From: Thermoplasmata archaeon | GTDB lineage: Archaea > Thermoplasmatota > E2 > JACPAO01 > JAHFTW01 | NCBI GenBank assembly: GCA_034667725.1 | Contig: JAXDQS010000001.1 | Coordinates: forward strand, 288,001 to 352,000 | Reading direction: 5' to 3' | DNA: 64,000 nt | Shown: piece after piece, positions 17,738 to 26,019 of the stretch | How positions within the stretch are numbered: the stretch's first letter is position 1 | Layout: the number at the start of each line of letters is the position of its first letter | Notes under the pieces: generated by a model | Told to the model about the DNA's origin: nothing | Databases searched by the model: none | What the model saw: the letters and a program-made list of their open reading frames with translations, nothing else | Position numbers and translations under genes: made by a program

Positions 17738-19951
17738 ATGCCCACCACCCCCAGCTACCCAGGAGTCTACATCGAGGAGGTGCCCAGCGACGTCAAGACC
17801 ATCGTGGGCGTCGCGACCGCCCGCACCGCCTTCGTCGGCCGCGCCCTGCGCGGGCCGCTGGACGAGCCGGTGCGCATCACCAGCTTCGGCGACTTCGAGC
17901 GCCGCTTCGGCGGCCTGTGGCGCGCGAGCACGCTTGGCTACGCCGTCCGGCAGTACTTCCAGAACGGCGGCGGCGACGCGGTCATCGTCCGGGTCTCGAA
18001 TCCCGAACCGCAGAAGGACGCCAACGGCAACGTGCTGGTCGCGGAACACGCCACCGCCACCGCCTCGCTCGGCCAGGCCACCACCGTGCGCTTCGAGGCG
18101 GCCACCGCGGGCGCCGGCGGCAACGGCATCACCGTCGCCATCTCGCGCAGCAGCGTGGCGGGCCAAGCCAACGACCCGGCCCGGTTCGACGCGGCCGTCA
18201 CCGGCACCGACTCAAACGGCCACCCGGACACCCGCCAGTTCGCGGGCCGCACCCTTGCCCAGCTCCAAGGCAACCTGGCCAACGCCCAGTCCTACGTCAC
18301 AATGCCCAGCGCTCCCGCAGGGGTCCTGCTGGAGCGCGCCACCGCCACGCTGGCAGGCGGCGCCGATGCCGTGGCCGCCTGGCAGGAGCTGAAGGCCGGT
18401 GCCAGCCCCGTCGCCATCCTGGAGGCCGTGACGCCCGGCGTGGCCGGCAACACCATCGCCGTCACCGTCGGCACCGCCACCGACGGCACCGGCGCCAAGT
18501 TCAACCTCACCATCTCCCAAGGCGCCACCTCGGTGGAGCTCGAGGACCAGACGGCCGCCACCCTGGGCGCCGCCATCGCGGCCGACGCGACCGCCCAGGG
18601 CCTTGTCCGGCTTGCGACCGATTCTCCGACCAATCCGGTCGGCCGCCCGCCCAACGGCGGCCCGACGCCGCTTGCCGGCGGCGCCGACGCCAAGCCCGCG
18701 GGCGTGGACGCTGTTGGCTACGCCGACCCGCCGGGCGTCATGAAGCTCGAGGCCGCCAACCCCGGCCTCTGGGGCAACAGGCTGACGGCCACGGTGAACC
18801 ACAAGGGCGAGCAGGCCGTCGCCGACGCCAAGAAGTTCAACCTGCTGCTGGAGGAGCGGGACGGCCGCGGCGACGTGGTGGCGCTCGAGGCGCACCTCAA
18901 CGTCTCCGTGGACTCCGGCGACAAGCGGCGCGTCGACCGCGTCCTTGCGACCCAGTCGGCCTTTGCGCGCCTCGTGGACGGATTGCCCGCCGAGCGTCCG
19001 CCGGAGCGCACCCTGCTATGGTTCGCGGGCGGCGCCGACGGCCCCGACATCACGGACGCCCTGCTGCAGGGCAGCCCAGGCACCAAGACCGGCCTGTTCG
19101 CGCTCGAGAAGGAGGACCTGTTCAACATCCTCTGCATCCCGCCGCCCACCCGCGAGGGCGACGTCAAGGAGGCGACCTGGACGGTGGCGATGGGCTACTG
19201 CGAGAAGCGCCGCGCCATGCTGCTGGTGGACCCGCCGCGCGACGTGGAGAGCGTCGATGCGGCTCGCGCGGCCCTCGACTCGGGCCTCTTCAGCAAGCTG
19301 CGCCACCCGAACGTGGTGTTCAACTTCCCGCTGCTGGAGATGCCGGACCCGCTCATGGAGGACCGGCCCGAGAAGTTCGTCCCGAGCGCCGCCGTCGCGG
19401 GCCTCTACGCCCGCACCGACGCCGCCCGCGGCGTCTGGAAGGCCCCCGCCGGCCAGGAAGCCAGCCTGCGCGGCGTCCACAAGCTCGCCGTCAAGCTCAC
19501 CGACCCCGAACACGGCTACCTCAACCCGCTCGGCCTCAACTGCGCCCGCACCTTCCCGGTGACGGGCACGGTGATGTGGGGCGCGCGCACCAGCCGCGGC
19601 GCCGACCAGCTTGCCTCCGAGTGGAAGTACGTCCCCGTGCGCCGCACCGCGCTCTACATCGAGGAGACCCTGTTCCGCGGCACGCAATGGGTCGTGTTCG
19701 AGCCCAACGACGAGGACCTGTGGGCGCAAATCCGCCTCAACGTCGGCGCCTTCATGCACGACCTGTTCCGCAAGGGCGCGTTCCAGGGCGCCAGCGCCAA
19801 GGACGCCTACTTCGTCAAGTGCGACGGCGAGTCCACGCCCCAATCGGACATCGACAAGGGCATCGTCAACATCCTGGTGGGGTTCGCCCCGCTCAAGCCC
19901 GCCGAGTTCGTGTTCGTCAAACTCAGCCAGATGACCAAGCGAGGTGCCTAG
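17738..19951 (+). CDS. Contractile tail sheath protein
   Basis: YPGVYIEE N-terminus; RTDAARGVWKAPAG, WGART, WKYVPVRR, WVVFEPND, GFAPLKPAEFV. Confidence 0.96.
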   Translation: MPTTPSYPGVYIEEVPSDVKTIVGVATARTAFVGRALRGPLDEPVRITSFGDFERRFGGLWRASTLGYAVRQYFQNGGGDAVIVRVSNPEPQKDANGNVLVAEHATATASLGQATTVRFEAATAGAGGNGITVAISRSSVAGQANDPARFDAAVTGTDSNGHPDTRQFAGRTLAQLQGNLANAQSYVTMPSAPAGVLLERATATLAGGADAVAAWQELKAGASPVAILEAVTPGVAGNTIAVTVGTATDGTGAKFNLTISQGATSVELEDQTAATLGAAIAADATAQGLVRLATDSPTNPVGRPPNGGPTPLAGGADAKPAGVDAVGYADPPGVMKLEAANPGLWGNRLTATVNHKGEQAVADAKKFNLLLEERDGRGDVVALEAHLNVSVDSGDKRRVDRVLATQSAFARLVDGLPAERPPERTLLWFAGGADGPDITDALLQGSPGTKTGLFALEKEDLFNILCIPPPTREGDVKEATWTVAMGYCEKRRAMLLVDPPRDVESVDAARAALDSGLFSKLRHPNVVFNFPLLEMPDPLMEDRPEKFVPSAAVAGLYARTDAARGVWKAPAGQEASLRGVHKLAVKLTDPEHGYLNPLGLNCARTFPVTGTVMWGARTSRGADQLASEWKYVPVRRTALYIEETLFRGTQWVVFEPNDEDLWAQIRLNVGAFMHDLFRKGAFQGASAKDAYFVKCDGESTPQSDIDKGIVNILVGFAPLKPAEFVFVKLSQMTKRGA

Positions 19952-19952
19952 A

Positions 19953-20477
19953 ATGGTTCAGTTCAGCGTCAACAGCCACCGGTTCGACCCGTACAAGAAC
20001 TTCAAGTTCAAGGTGAAGTGGGACGGCGAGTACGTCGCCGGCATCAGCAAGGTCAGCGCCCTCAAGCGCACCACCGAGGTCGTCGAGCACCGCGAAGGCG
20101 GCGACCCCTCGAGCGGCCGCAAGAGCCCCGGCCGCACCAAGTTCGAGCCCATCACGCTGGAGCGCGGCGTCACCCACGACAAGGAGTTCGAGCAGTGGGC
20201 CAACAAGGTGTGGAACATCACCGGCGGCACCAGCGCCGAGACCAGCCTCAAGGACTTCCGCAAGGACCTGGTCATCGACGTATTCAACGAGGCCGGCCAG
20301 AAGGTGGTGTCCTACCGCGTCTACCGCGCCTGGGTGTCCGAGTTCCAGGCCCAGGCCGACCTCGACGCCAACGCCAACGCCGTCCTGATCCAGAGCATCA
20401 AGCTGGAGAACGAAGGCTGGCTGCGCGACGACGCCGTGGCCGAGCCCACCGAAGGCAGCTTCGTCCTGCCCGAGTGA
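19953..20477 (+). CDS. Tail tube protein (T4 gp19-like)
   Basis: FDPYKNFKF, HREGGD, KSPGRTKFEPITLERGVT, LDANANAVLIQSIKLENEG; GAGGTG ribosome-binding site upstream. Confidence 0.95.
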   Translation: MVQFSVNSHRFDPYKNFKFKVKWDGEYVAGISKVSALKRTTEVVEHREGGDPSSGRKSPGRTKFEPITLERGVTHDKEFEQWANKVWNITGGTSAETSLKDFRKDLVIDVFNEAGQKVVSYRVYRAWVSEFQAQADLDANANAVLIQSIKLENEGWLRDDAVAEPTEGSFVLPE

Positions 20478-21259
20478 GCCGCGTGGCGGGCGTGACGGTC
20501 CGTGTGCCGCACGGACTCTGGGACGACGGGGCTTGCCACAGGCAGGCCGTGCTGCACCCGCCCGGCTGGGAGGCCGTCGCCGCCTTGGCCGGCGCGGACC
20601 ACCTGCCGGCGGCGGCGTGGACGACCCAGGTCCTGGCCGCCTGCGTCGAGCCGTTGCCGGGCCGCGACGTCCTGGCGACCGCCGCGGCATGGACCCTCGG
20701 CGACCGTGCCGCGCTGCTCCTGGAGGTCCACCGCCTGCTGACGGGCGGCCCGCTCGCCATCGTCGCCGACTGCCCGTCCTGCAAGGCCACCATGGAGGCC
20801 GAGCTCGGCCCCGACGACCTGCGGCCGCCCGAGCGCGCCTCCAGCCCTTGGCACGACACCACCGTCGCAGGCGTCCGGGTGCGGTTCCGCGTCCCGACCG
20901 GCGCCGACCTGGAGGCCGCCGACGGCACGGCGGGCGCGCTGCTGCGGCGCATCGTGCTGGCGCAGGACGGCGACGTGCCGGCGGACCTGCTGGAGGCGCA
21001 CCTGTCCGACCAGGTGGCCGAGCTGGACCCGCAAGCCGAGATCCTGCTCGCGTTGGCGTGCCCCGCGTGCGCCGCCCCCGTGGACGCCCTGCTGGACCCC
21101 GTCGTCCACGTGCGCGCCGACCTCGCCCGCGCCGCCGAGCGCACCGCGCTGGAGGTCCATGGCCTCGCGCGCCACTACGGCTGGAGCGAGCAGGCCATCC
21201 TCGCGCTGCCGGCCGAGCGCCGGGCCCGCTACCTCGCCTTGGTCGGGGAGGCGCCATGA
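20474..21259 (+). CDS. T4 gp26-like baseplate/tail assembly chaperone-like protein
   Basis: Two CxxC motifs (CPSC, CPAC), RFRVPTGAD, EVHGLARHYGWSEQAILALP; GTG start overlaps the tube stop. Confidence 0.75.
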   Translation: MSRVAGVTVRVPHGLWDDGACHRQAVLHPPGWEAVAALAGADHLPAAAWTTQVLAACVEPLPGRDVLATAAAWTLGDRAALLLEVHRLLTGGPLAIVADCPSCKATMEAELGPDDLRPPERASSPWHDTTVAGVRVRFRVPTGADLEAADGTAGALLRRIVLAQDGDVPADLLEAHLSDQVAELDPQAEILLALACPACAAPVDALLDPVVHVRADLARAAERTALEVHGLARHYGWSEQAILALPAERRARYLALVGEAP

Positions 21260-22362
21260 GCCTGCTCGCCCGCCTGGCGGCCCGCGGCGCCACCCCCGTC
21301 CGCGCCCTTGGCCGGGCGGCGCCTGCCGGCGCGCCCTGGGCCGCGGGCGCGGCGGAGGCGCCGGCGGCCGCGCCAGCCCCGGTGTCCACGCCAGCCCCAG
21401 CGCAGGCTGTCGTGCCCCGGACGCCTGTGCCTGAGCCTGCCCCCGTCCCTGGGATGTTGGCCGTCCCGGCGCAGGCAGCGCCGCCGGTGCCGTCGCCGCT
21501 TGCGGCCCCAACGGTCCCAGCGGGGCAAGCGGAGCCGGCGAGCGTGGCGGCCCTGGCCGCGCCGACGCCAACGGCGATGGCCATGCCGGCGCCGGAAATC
21601 GGCGGCGTGGACCCGCCTGCGCCGGCCGCGGTCGCGGCGGCGGCGCCCGCGCCGCGCCGGCAGGCCGGCCCGGCGCCCGCCGTCCAACCGCAACCCGGCC
21701 GGGCGGTCGCCACCGTTGCGGTGCCTGCCATAGCAAGCCGGCCGCAACCTAGCTTCAGGGAGGCGGCTGAGCGGGTAGAACAGTCGGGTCGCGCGGAACG
21801 CGCCGAACCCGCGGAACGCTCCGAGCGTGCCGAGCCTGCCGAGCGCGTCGAACGTGCCGAACGTTCCGAGCGCATCGACCCGCCCGCGCAGGCCCCGACG
21901 CCCGCCGGTCGCGTCGTGGCCAAGCCCACGCCGACGCCAGCGCCGAAGTCACCGCCGATGCCACCGCCGATGCTGGTGCCGACGCGGGCCGCCCCGCCCA
22001 CGCCGTCCGCGCCTGCGCTGCCGGCTCCCGCCAAGCCCACGCCCATGGCCGCGCCGGCCGCGCCTCCCGCACCGCGCCCAGCCGCCGTGGCCGCCCGGCC
22101 CGCCCCGGTCGCTGCTCGGCCGGCGCCGCCGTCCATGCCCGTCGCGCCCTGGGCGGCCGCGGCCGGCCGCGCCGCGGCTGCGCCGCCGGCGGCGGCCGGG
22201 GCGTCGCAGGCCCGGCCGCAAGTCCACGTGCGCATCGGGTCGGTCGAGCTGCGCGCGCCGCCCGCCGCGCCGGCGCCCGCGGCGCCGGCCCGCGCGCCGG
22301 CGGCGGCGCCCGACTTGGGCGGCTACGCGGCGCTGCGCAGCCATGCCTGGGGGGACCCTTGA
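21256..22362 (+). CDS. Pro/Ala-rich low-complexity eCIS protein
   Basis: ATGA overlap with the upstream gene; C-terminal VHVRIGSVELRA motif; internal AERAE/AERSE repeats. Confidence 0.7.
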   Translation: MSLLARLAARGATPVRALGRAAPAGAPWAAGAAEAPAAAPAPVSTPAPAQAVVPRTPVPEPAPVPGMLAVPAQAAPPVPSPLAAPTVPAGQAEPASVAALAAPTPTAMAMPAPEIGGVDPPAPAAVAAAAPAPRRQAGPAPAVQPQPGRAVATVAVPAIASRPQPSFREAAERVEQSGRAERAEPAERSERAEPAERVERAERSERIDPPAQAPTPAGRVVAKPTPTPAPKSPPMPPPMLVPTRAAPPTPSAPALPAPAKPTPMAAPAAPPAPRPAAVAARPAPVAARPAPPSMPVAPWAAAAGRAAAAPPAAAGASQARPQVHVRIGSVELRAPPAAPAPAAPARAPAAAPDLGGYAALRSHAWGDP

Positions 22363-23702
22363 TGCTCCAGCAGCAGCACCAGATGCTGTCGGCGGTGACG
22401 CACACGCTGACGGAGCTGCTGAAGAAGCGCATGGCCAACCCGCCGGGGACCATCCAGAGCCTGCCGCCGGACGTCCAGGTCAAGGACCCGCCGGGGCCGA
22501 AGCGCCTCAACCTGTTCCTCTACCGCGTCGTCGAGAACCCGTTCTTGAAGAACCACGACGCCGGCGCGTCCGCGGGCAGCTTCGGCCGGCCGCCCCTGAG
22601 CCTCGACCTGCACTTCCTCATGACGGCGTACGGCGGCAGCGACGAGGACAGCAAGGGCGCCCAGGAGATCCTCGGCGACGCCATGGCGGTGTTCCACGAC
22701 CACGCCATCGTGCGCGCGTCCGACCCGGCGTACGCCGACGTGCGCGACCCGTTGCTGGACGACGCGTTCGAGCATGTCCGCATCGGCCTGGAGCCCATCA
22801 CGACGGAGGACCTGACGAAGGTGTGGACCTCGCTCACGGTCCCGTACCGCCTGTCGGTCGCCTACGTGGTCACCGTGGCGCAGATCAAGAGCCGCACGCC
22901 CCGCAAGGCCGCGCCGCTGGTGCGCGGCGGCGACCGCGATTCCCGGCCGCTCTCGGGCCACGACGGGACCCCGGCGGCGGAGCTGGCGCGGATGGAGGGC
23001 CGCCGCCTCCAGGTGACGGCGTTCGAGCCGCCGGTGCTGGAGTCGGTGATGGTGCTGCGTCCCGGCGACCTGGACGACGCGCCGCCGCACGTGGCTTACG
23101 CCGCCATCGGCGACCGGCTGGTGCTGCGCGGCCGGAACCTCGGGCGGCCCCAAGCCGAGGGCGGGCAGCCCGCGTTCGTGCAGGTGGGCCCGCTCCGGCT
23201 CGCCGTGCCGCCGGCCACGCACGCGCCCAACCGCATCGTGATGCCGCTGCCCGACGACCCGGCCTTGCAAGCGGGGCCATGCAGCGTCCACGTCGCCGTC
23301 GAGCAGGGCAGCGGTCGCCTCCTGACCACCAACCGCCGGCCGGTGCTCGTCATCCCGTTCGTGGAGTCGGCGTGGAAGACGACGGCGCAGGTGCCCGACG
23401 AGGACAACCCCGCGCCGCCGGGCCAGCCGCAGCCGCAGAAGACCGTCGACGCCGTGGGCGTGCGCGGCACCCGGCTGTTCCGTCCGGGCGTCGAGTGCAG
23501 CACCATCCTGAGCGCCCCCGGCGGCGCGACCATCCAGGTCCCGGGCGAGCGCTACCTCGAGTGGCAGCCCGGCGGCGCCGGCCAGCCGCAGGAGATCCTG
23601 GTCCCGCTGCCGGCCGGCGTCGACGCCGCCGGCATGGGCGTCCGCGTCCTGGTGGACGGCCACGAGAACCTGCCCCGCCCCGGCCTGGAGGTGGCGCCGT
23701 GA
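22362..23702 (+). CDS. DUF4255 / Pvc16(Afp16)-like cap protein with C-terminal Ig-like extension
   Basis: LSAVTHTLTELL, LNLFLYRVVENP, PPLSLDLHFLMTAY, VWTSL...YRLSVAYVVTV. Confidence 0.88.
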   Translation: MLQQQHQMLSAVTHTLTELLKKRMANPPGTIQSLPPDVQVKDPPGPKRLNLFLYRVVENPFLKNHDAGASAGSFGRPPLSLDLHFLMTAYGGSDEDSKGAQEILGDAMAVFHDHAIVRASDPAYADVRDPLLDDAFEHVRIGLEPITTEDLTKVWTSLTVPYRLSVAYVVTVAQIKSRTPRKAAPLVRGGDRDSRPLSGHDGTPAAELARMEGRRLQVTAFEPPVLESVMVLRPGDLDDAPPHVAYAAIGDRLVLRGRNLGRPQAEGGQPAFVQVGPLRLAVPPATHAPNRIVMPLPDDPALQAGPCSVHVAVEQGSGRLLTTNRRPVLVIPFVESAWKTTAQVPDEDNPAPPGQPQPQKTVDAVGVRGTRLFRPGVECSTILSAPGGATIQVPGERYLEWQPGGAGQPQEILVPLPAGVDAAGMGVRVLVDGHENLPRPGLEVAP

Positions 23703-25762
23703 ACGGCGGCAACGACTGGCACGCCCGCAACCTGGCCTATCTCGACCTGCACCTGGCCGGGCTGCGCGCGCGCATCGCCCGCGAGGCCGAGACGATGCGC
23801 ACGGCGTGGCGCGCCGACCCGCTGCACGGCGCCGGCGTCGTCAGCGACGAGGAGGCCGATCACCTGCTCGCCCGGACCCTGACCCCCGCCGACGTGGCCG
23901 CAGCGCCCGAGGTCGCGCAGGCCCGCCGCTGGTTCGACAAGCACGGCGCGCCGCCCGCGCTCGACCGCCTCGGCGCCCGCCTCGGCCTCGACCCGACCGA
24001 CCTGGACGTCGTCGTCCTCTGCCTCGCGCCGCACCTCGACCCCGCGTTCGCGCGGCTCTACGCCTACCTCCAGGACGACGCGCGCAGCACCCGCCCGACT
24101 CCGGACCTGGCGCGTCGGCTGCTCGGCCCGCACGCCAGCCTCGCCCGCTTCCTGCCCGACCGGCCGCTGCGCGCCGGCCTGGTCGTGCGCGTCGACGGCG
24201 AGCCCGAGCCCGCCACCCCGCTTGCCAGCCACGCCCTGGCGCTCGACGAACGCACCGTCGCCTTCCTGGTCGGCGAGCAGGCCGGCGACCCCGCCCTGCG
24301 CGACCTGTTGGAGCCCGTGCCCGACAGCCCGCGCACCGAGGCCCACGCCCAAGTGGCCGCCAACGTGCTGGCCTGGCTGCGCGACGAGGCCGAAGCCCCG
24401 CTCTTGGACCTGCGCGGCCGCCCCGCCAGCGGCCGCCGCGCCGTCGCGCACGCCATCGCCGCAGGGCTCCGCCTGCGGCTGATGCTGCTGCACGCCGACC
24501 GGCTGCCCGCGGCGGGCGCCGAGCGCGACCGCGCGCTGCGGCTGCTGCGGCGCGAGAGCCTGCTCGGCCGGGTGGCCATCCTGGTGGACGCCGGCGACGC
24601 CGGCCCGCCGCTCGACGTGCTGCGCTGCGGCGCGTTCTGCGTCGTCGCGAGCACCACCACTTGGCAGGCGCCGCCCGGCACCGTGCGCGTCGACGTGCCC
24701 GCCCCCGACGCGCCCGCCCAAGTCCGCCTCTGGACGCGCGCCCTCCAGGACGCCGGCGTCGACGTGGACGCCAGCCTCGCCCACGGCCTGCCACAACTGG
24801 TCCAGCAGGTGCAGGCGCCGCCGACCGAACTGGCGGGCCTGGTCGCCGGCGCCCGCCGCGCCGCCCGCCTCCAGGGCCGGGCGCTTGCGGTCGACGACCT
24901 CCGGAAGGCGTGCGCCGACCACGTCGCCGTGTCGCTGGGCGAGGCCGCGCGCCGCATCGAGCCCAGCGCCACCATGGACGACCTCGTGCTGCTGCCCGAC
25001 GCCAAGGCCCAGCTTCGGGAAATCATCGCCCAGGTGCGCGGCCGCACCTTGGTGTACGACGAGTGGGGCTTCGCGCGGCCCGACGCCCGCGGCCGCGGCG
25101 TCACGGTGCTGTTCAGCGGCGCCAGCGGCACGGGCAAGACCATGGCCGCCGAGGTGCTGGCCGCGTCCCTCGGGCTGGAGCTCTACAGCATCGACCTCGC
25201 AAGTGTGGTCAGCAAGTACGTCGGCGAGACCGAGAAGAACCTGCGCCGCGTGTTCGACGCCGCCGACCGCAGCGGCGTGCTGCTGCTGTTCGACGAGGCC
25301 GACGCGCTCTTTGCCAACCGCACCGAGGTGCGCGACAGCCACGACCGCTACGCCAACCTCGAGGTCGACTACCTGCTGCAACGCATGGAGTCCTATCGCG
25401 GCCTCGCCGTGCTCGCCACCAACCGCAAGTCCAGCATCGACGCCGCCTTCCTGCGCCGCATCCGCTTCCAGGTCGAGTTCCCGTTCCCCGACCAGAAGGC
25501 CCGCGCCGTGCTGTGGGCCAAGGTGTTCCCCGCCGCCATCCGCCCCGACCTGGACTGGAACCAGCTGGCGCTGTTGGAGCTCACCGGCGCCGGCATCCGC
25601 AACACCGCCCTCAACGCCGCCTTCCTCGCCGCCGCCCGCACGCCGCCCGCCATCACCCACGACGACGTGCTGCACGCCGCCCGCCGCGAGTTCGCCAAGC
25701 TCGACCGCACCCCCGACCGCGCCGCCTTCGCGCCCGCCGTCGCCGCGAGGACCCGCGCATGA
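23699..25762 (+). CDS. AAA+ ATPase (Afp15/Pvc15-like)
   Basis: LFSGASGTGKTMAAE, VVSKYVGETEKNL, LLFDEADALF, HDRYAN, LATN, AFLRR; N-terminal YAYLQDD motif. Confidence 0.93.
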   Translation: MNGGNDWHARNLAYLDLHLAGLRARIAREAETMRTAWRADPLHGAGVVSDEEADHLLARTLTPADVAAAPEVAQARRWFDKHGAPPALDRLGARLGLDPTDLDVVVLCLAPHLDPAFARLYAYLQDDARSTRPTPDLARRLLGPHASLARFLPDRPLRAGLVVRVDGEPEPATPLASHALALDERTVAFLVGEQAGDPALRDLLEPVPDSPRTEAHAQVAANVLAWLRDEAEAPLLDLRGRPASGRRAVAHAIAAGLRLRLMLLHADRLPAAGAERDRALRLLRRESLLGRVAILVDAGDAGPPLDVLRCGAFCVVASTTTWQAPPGTVRVDVPAPDAPAQVRLWTRALQDAGVDVDASLAHGLPQLVQQVQAPPTELAGLVAGARRAARLQGRALAVDDLRKACADHVAVSLGEAARRIEPSATMDDLVLLPDAKAQLREIIAQVRGRTLVYDEWGFARPDARGRGVTVLFSGASGTGKTMAAEVLAASLGLELYSIDLASVVSKYVGETEKNLRRVFDAADRSGVLLLFDEADALFANRTEVRDSHDRYANLEVDYLLQRMESYRGLAVLATNRKSSIDAAFLRRIRFQVEFPFPDQKARAVLWAKVFPAAIRPDLDWNQLALLELTGAGIRNTALNAAFLAAARTPPAITHDDVLHAARREFAKLDRTPDRAAFAPAVAARTRA

Positions 25763-26019
25763 CGCCGACCGCCGACGAACTGACCGTCGTCGTGGACCGC
25801 ATCGTGCTGGAGGACCCCAACGTCAGCCCCGAGCGCGCCCGCCGCATCCACGACGGCGTCGAGCGCCGCGTCCAGGCCCTCCTGCAAGAACGCGCGTCGC
25901 CGCAGGGCCCCAGCCTCGCGCCGCCGCCCGGCGCGGACGACGAGGAGCTGGTGGACGCCGTCGCGCGCGCCGTCGTGGCCGCCGTCCGCCGGCAAGGAGG
26001 CCCCGATGGCGACGCGTGA
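25759..26019 (+). CDS. Small eCIS-associated hypothetical protein
   Basis: ATGA overlap with the ATPase stop; LTVVVDRIVLE; overlaps the DUF4157 gene start. Confidence 0.7.
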   Translation: MTPTADELTVVVDRIVLEDPNVSPERARRIHDGVERRVQALLQERASPQGPSLAPPPGADDEELVDAVARAVVAAVRRQGGPDGDA

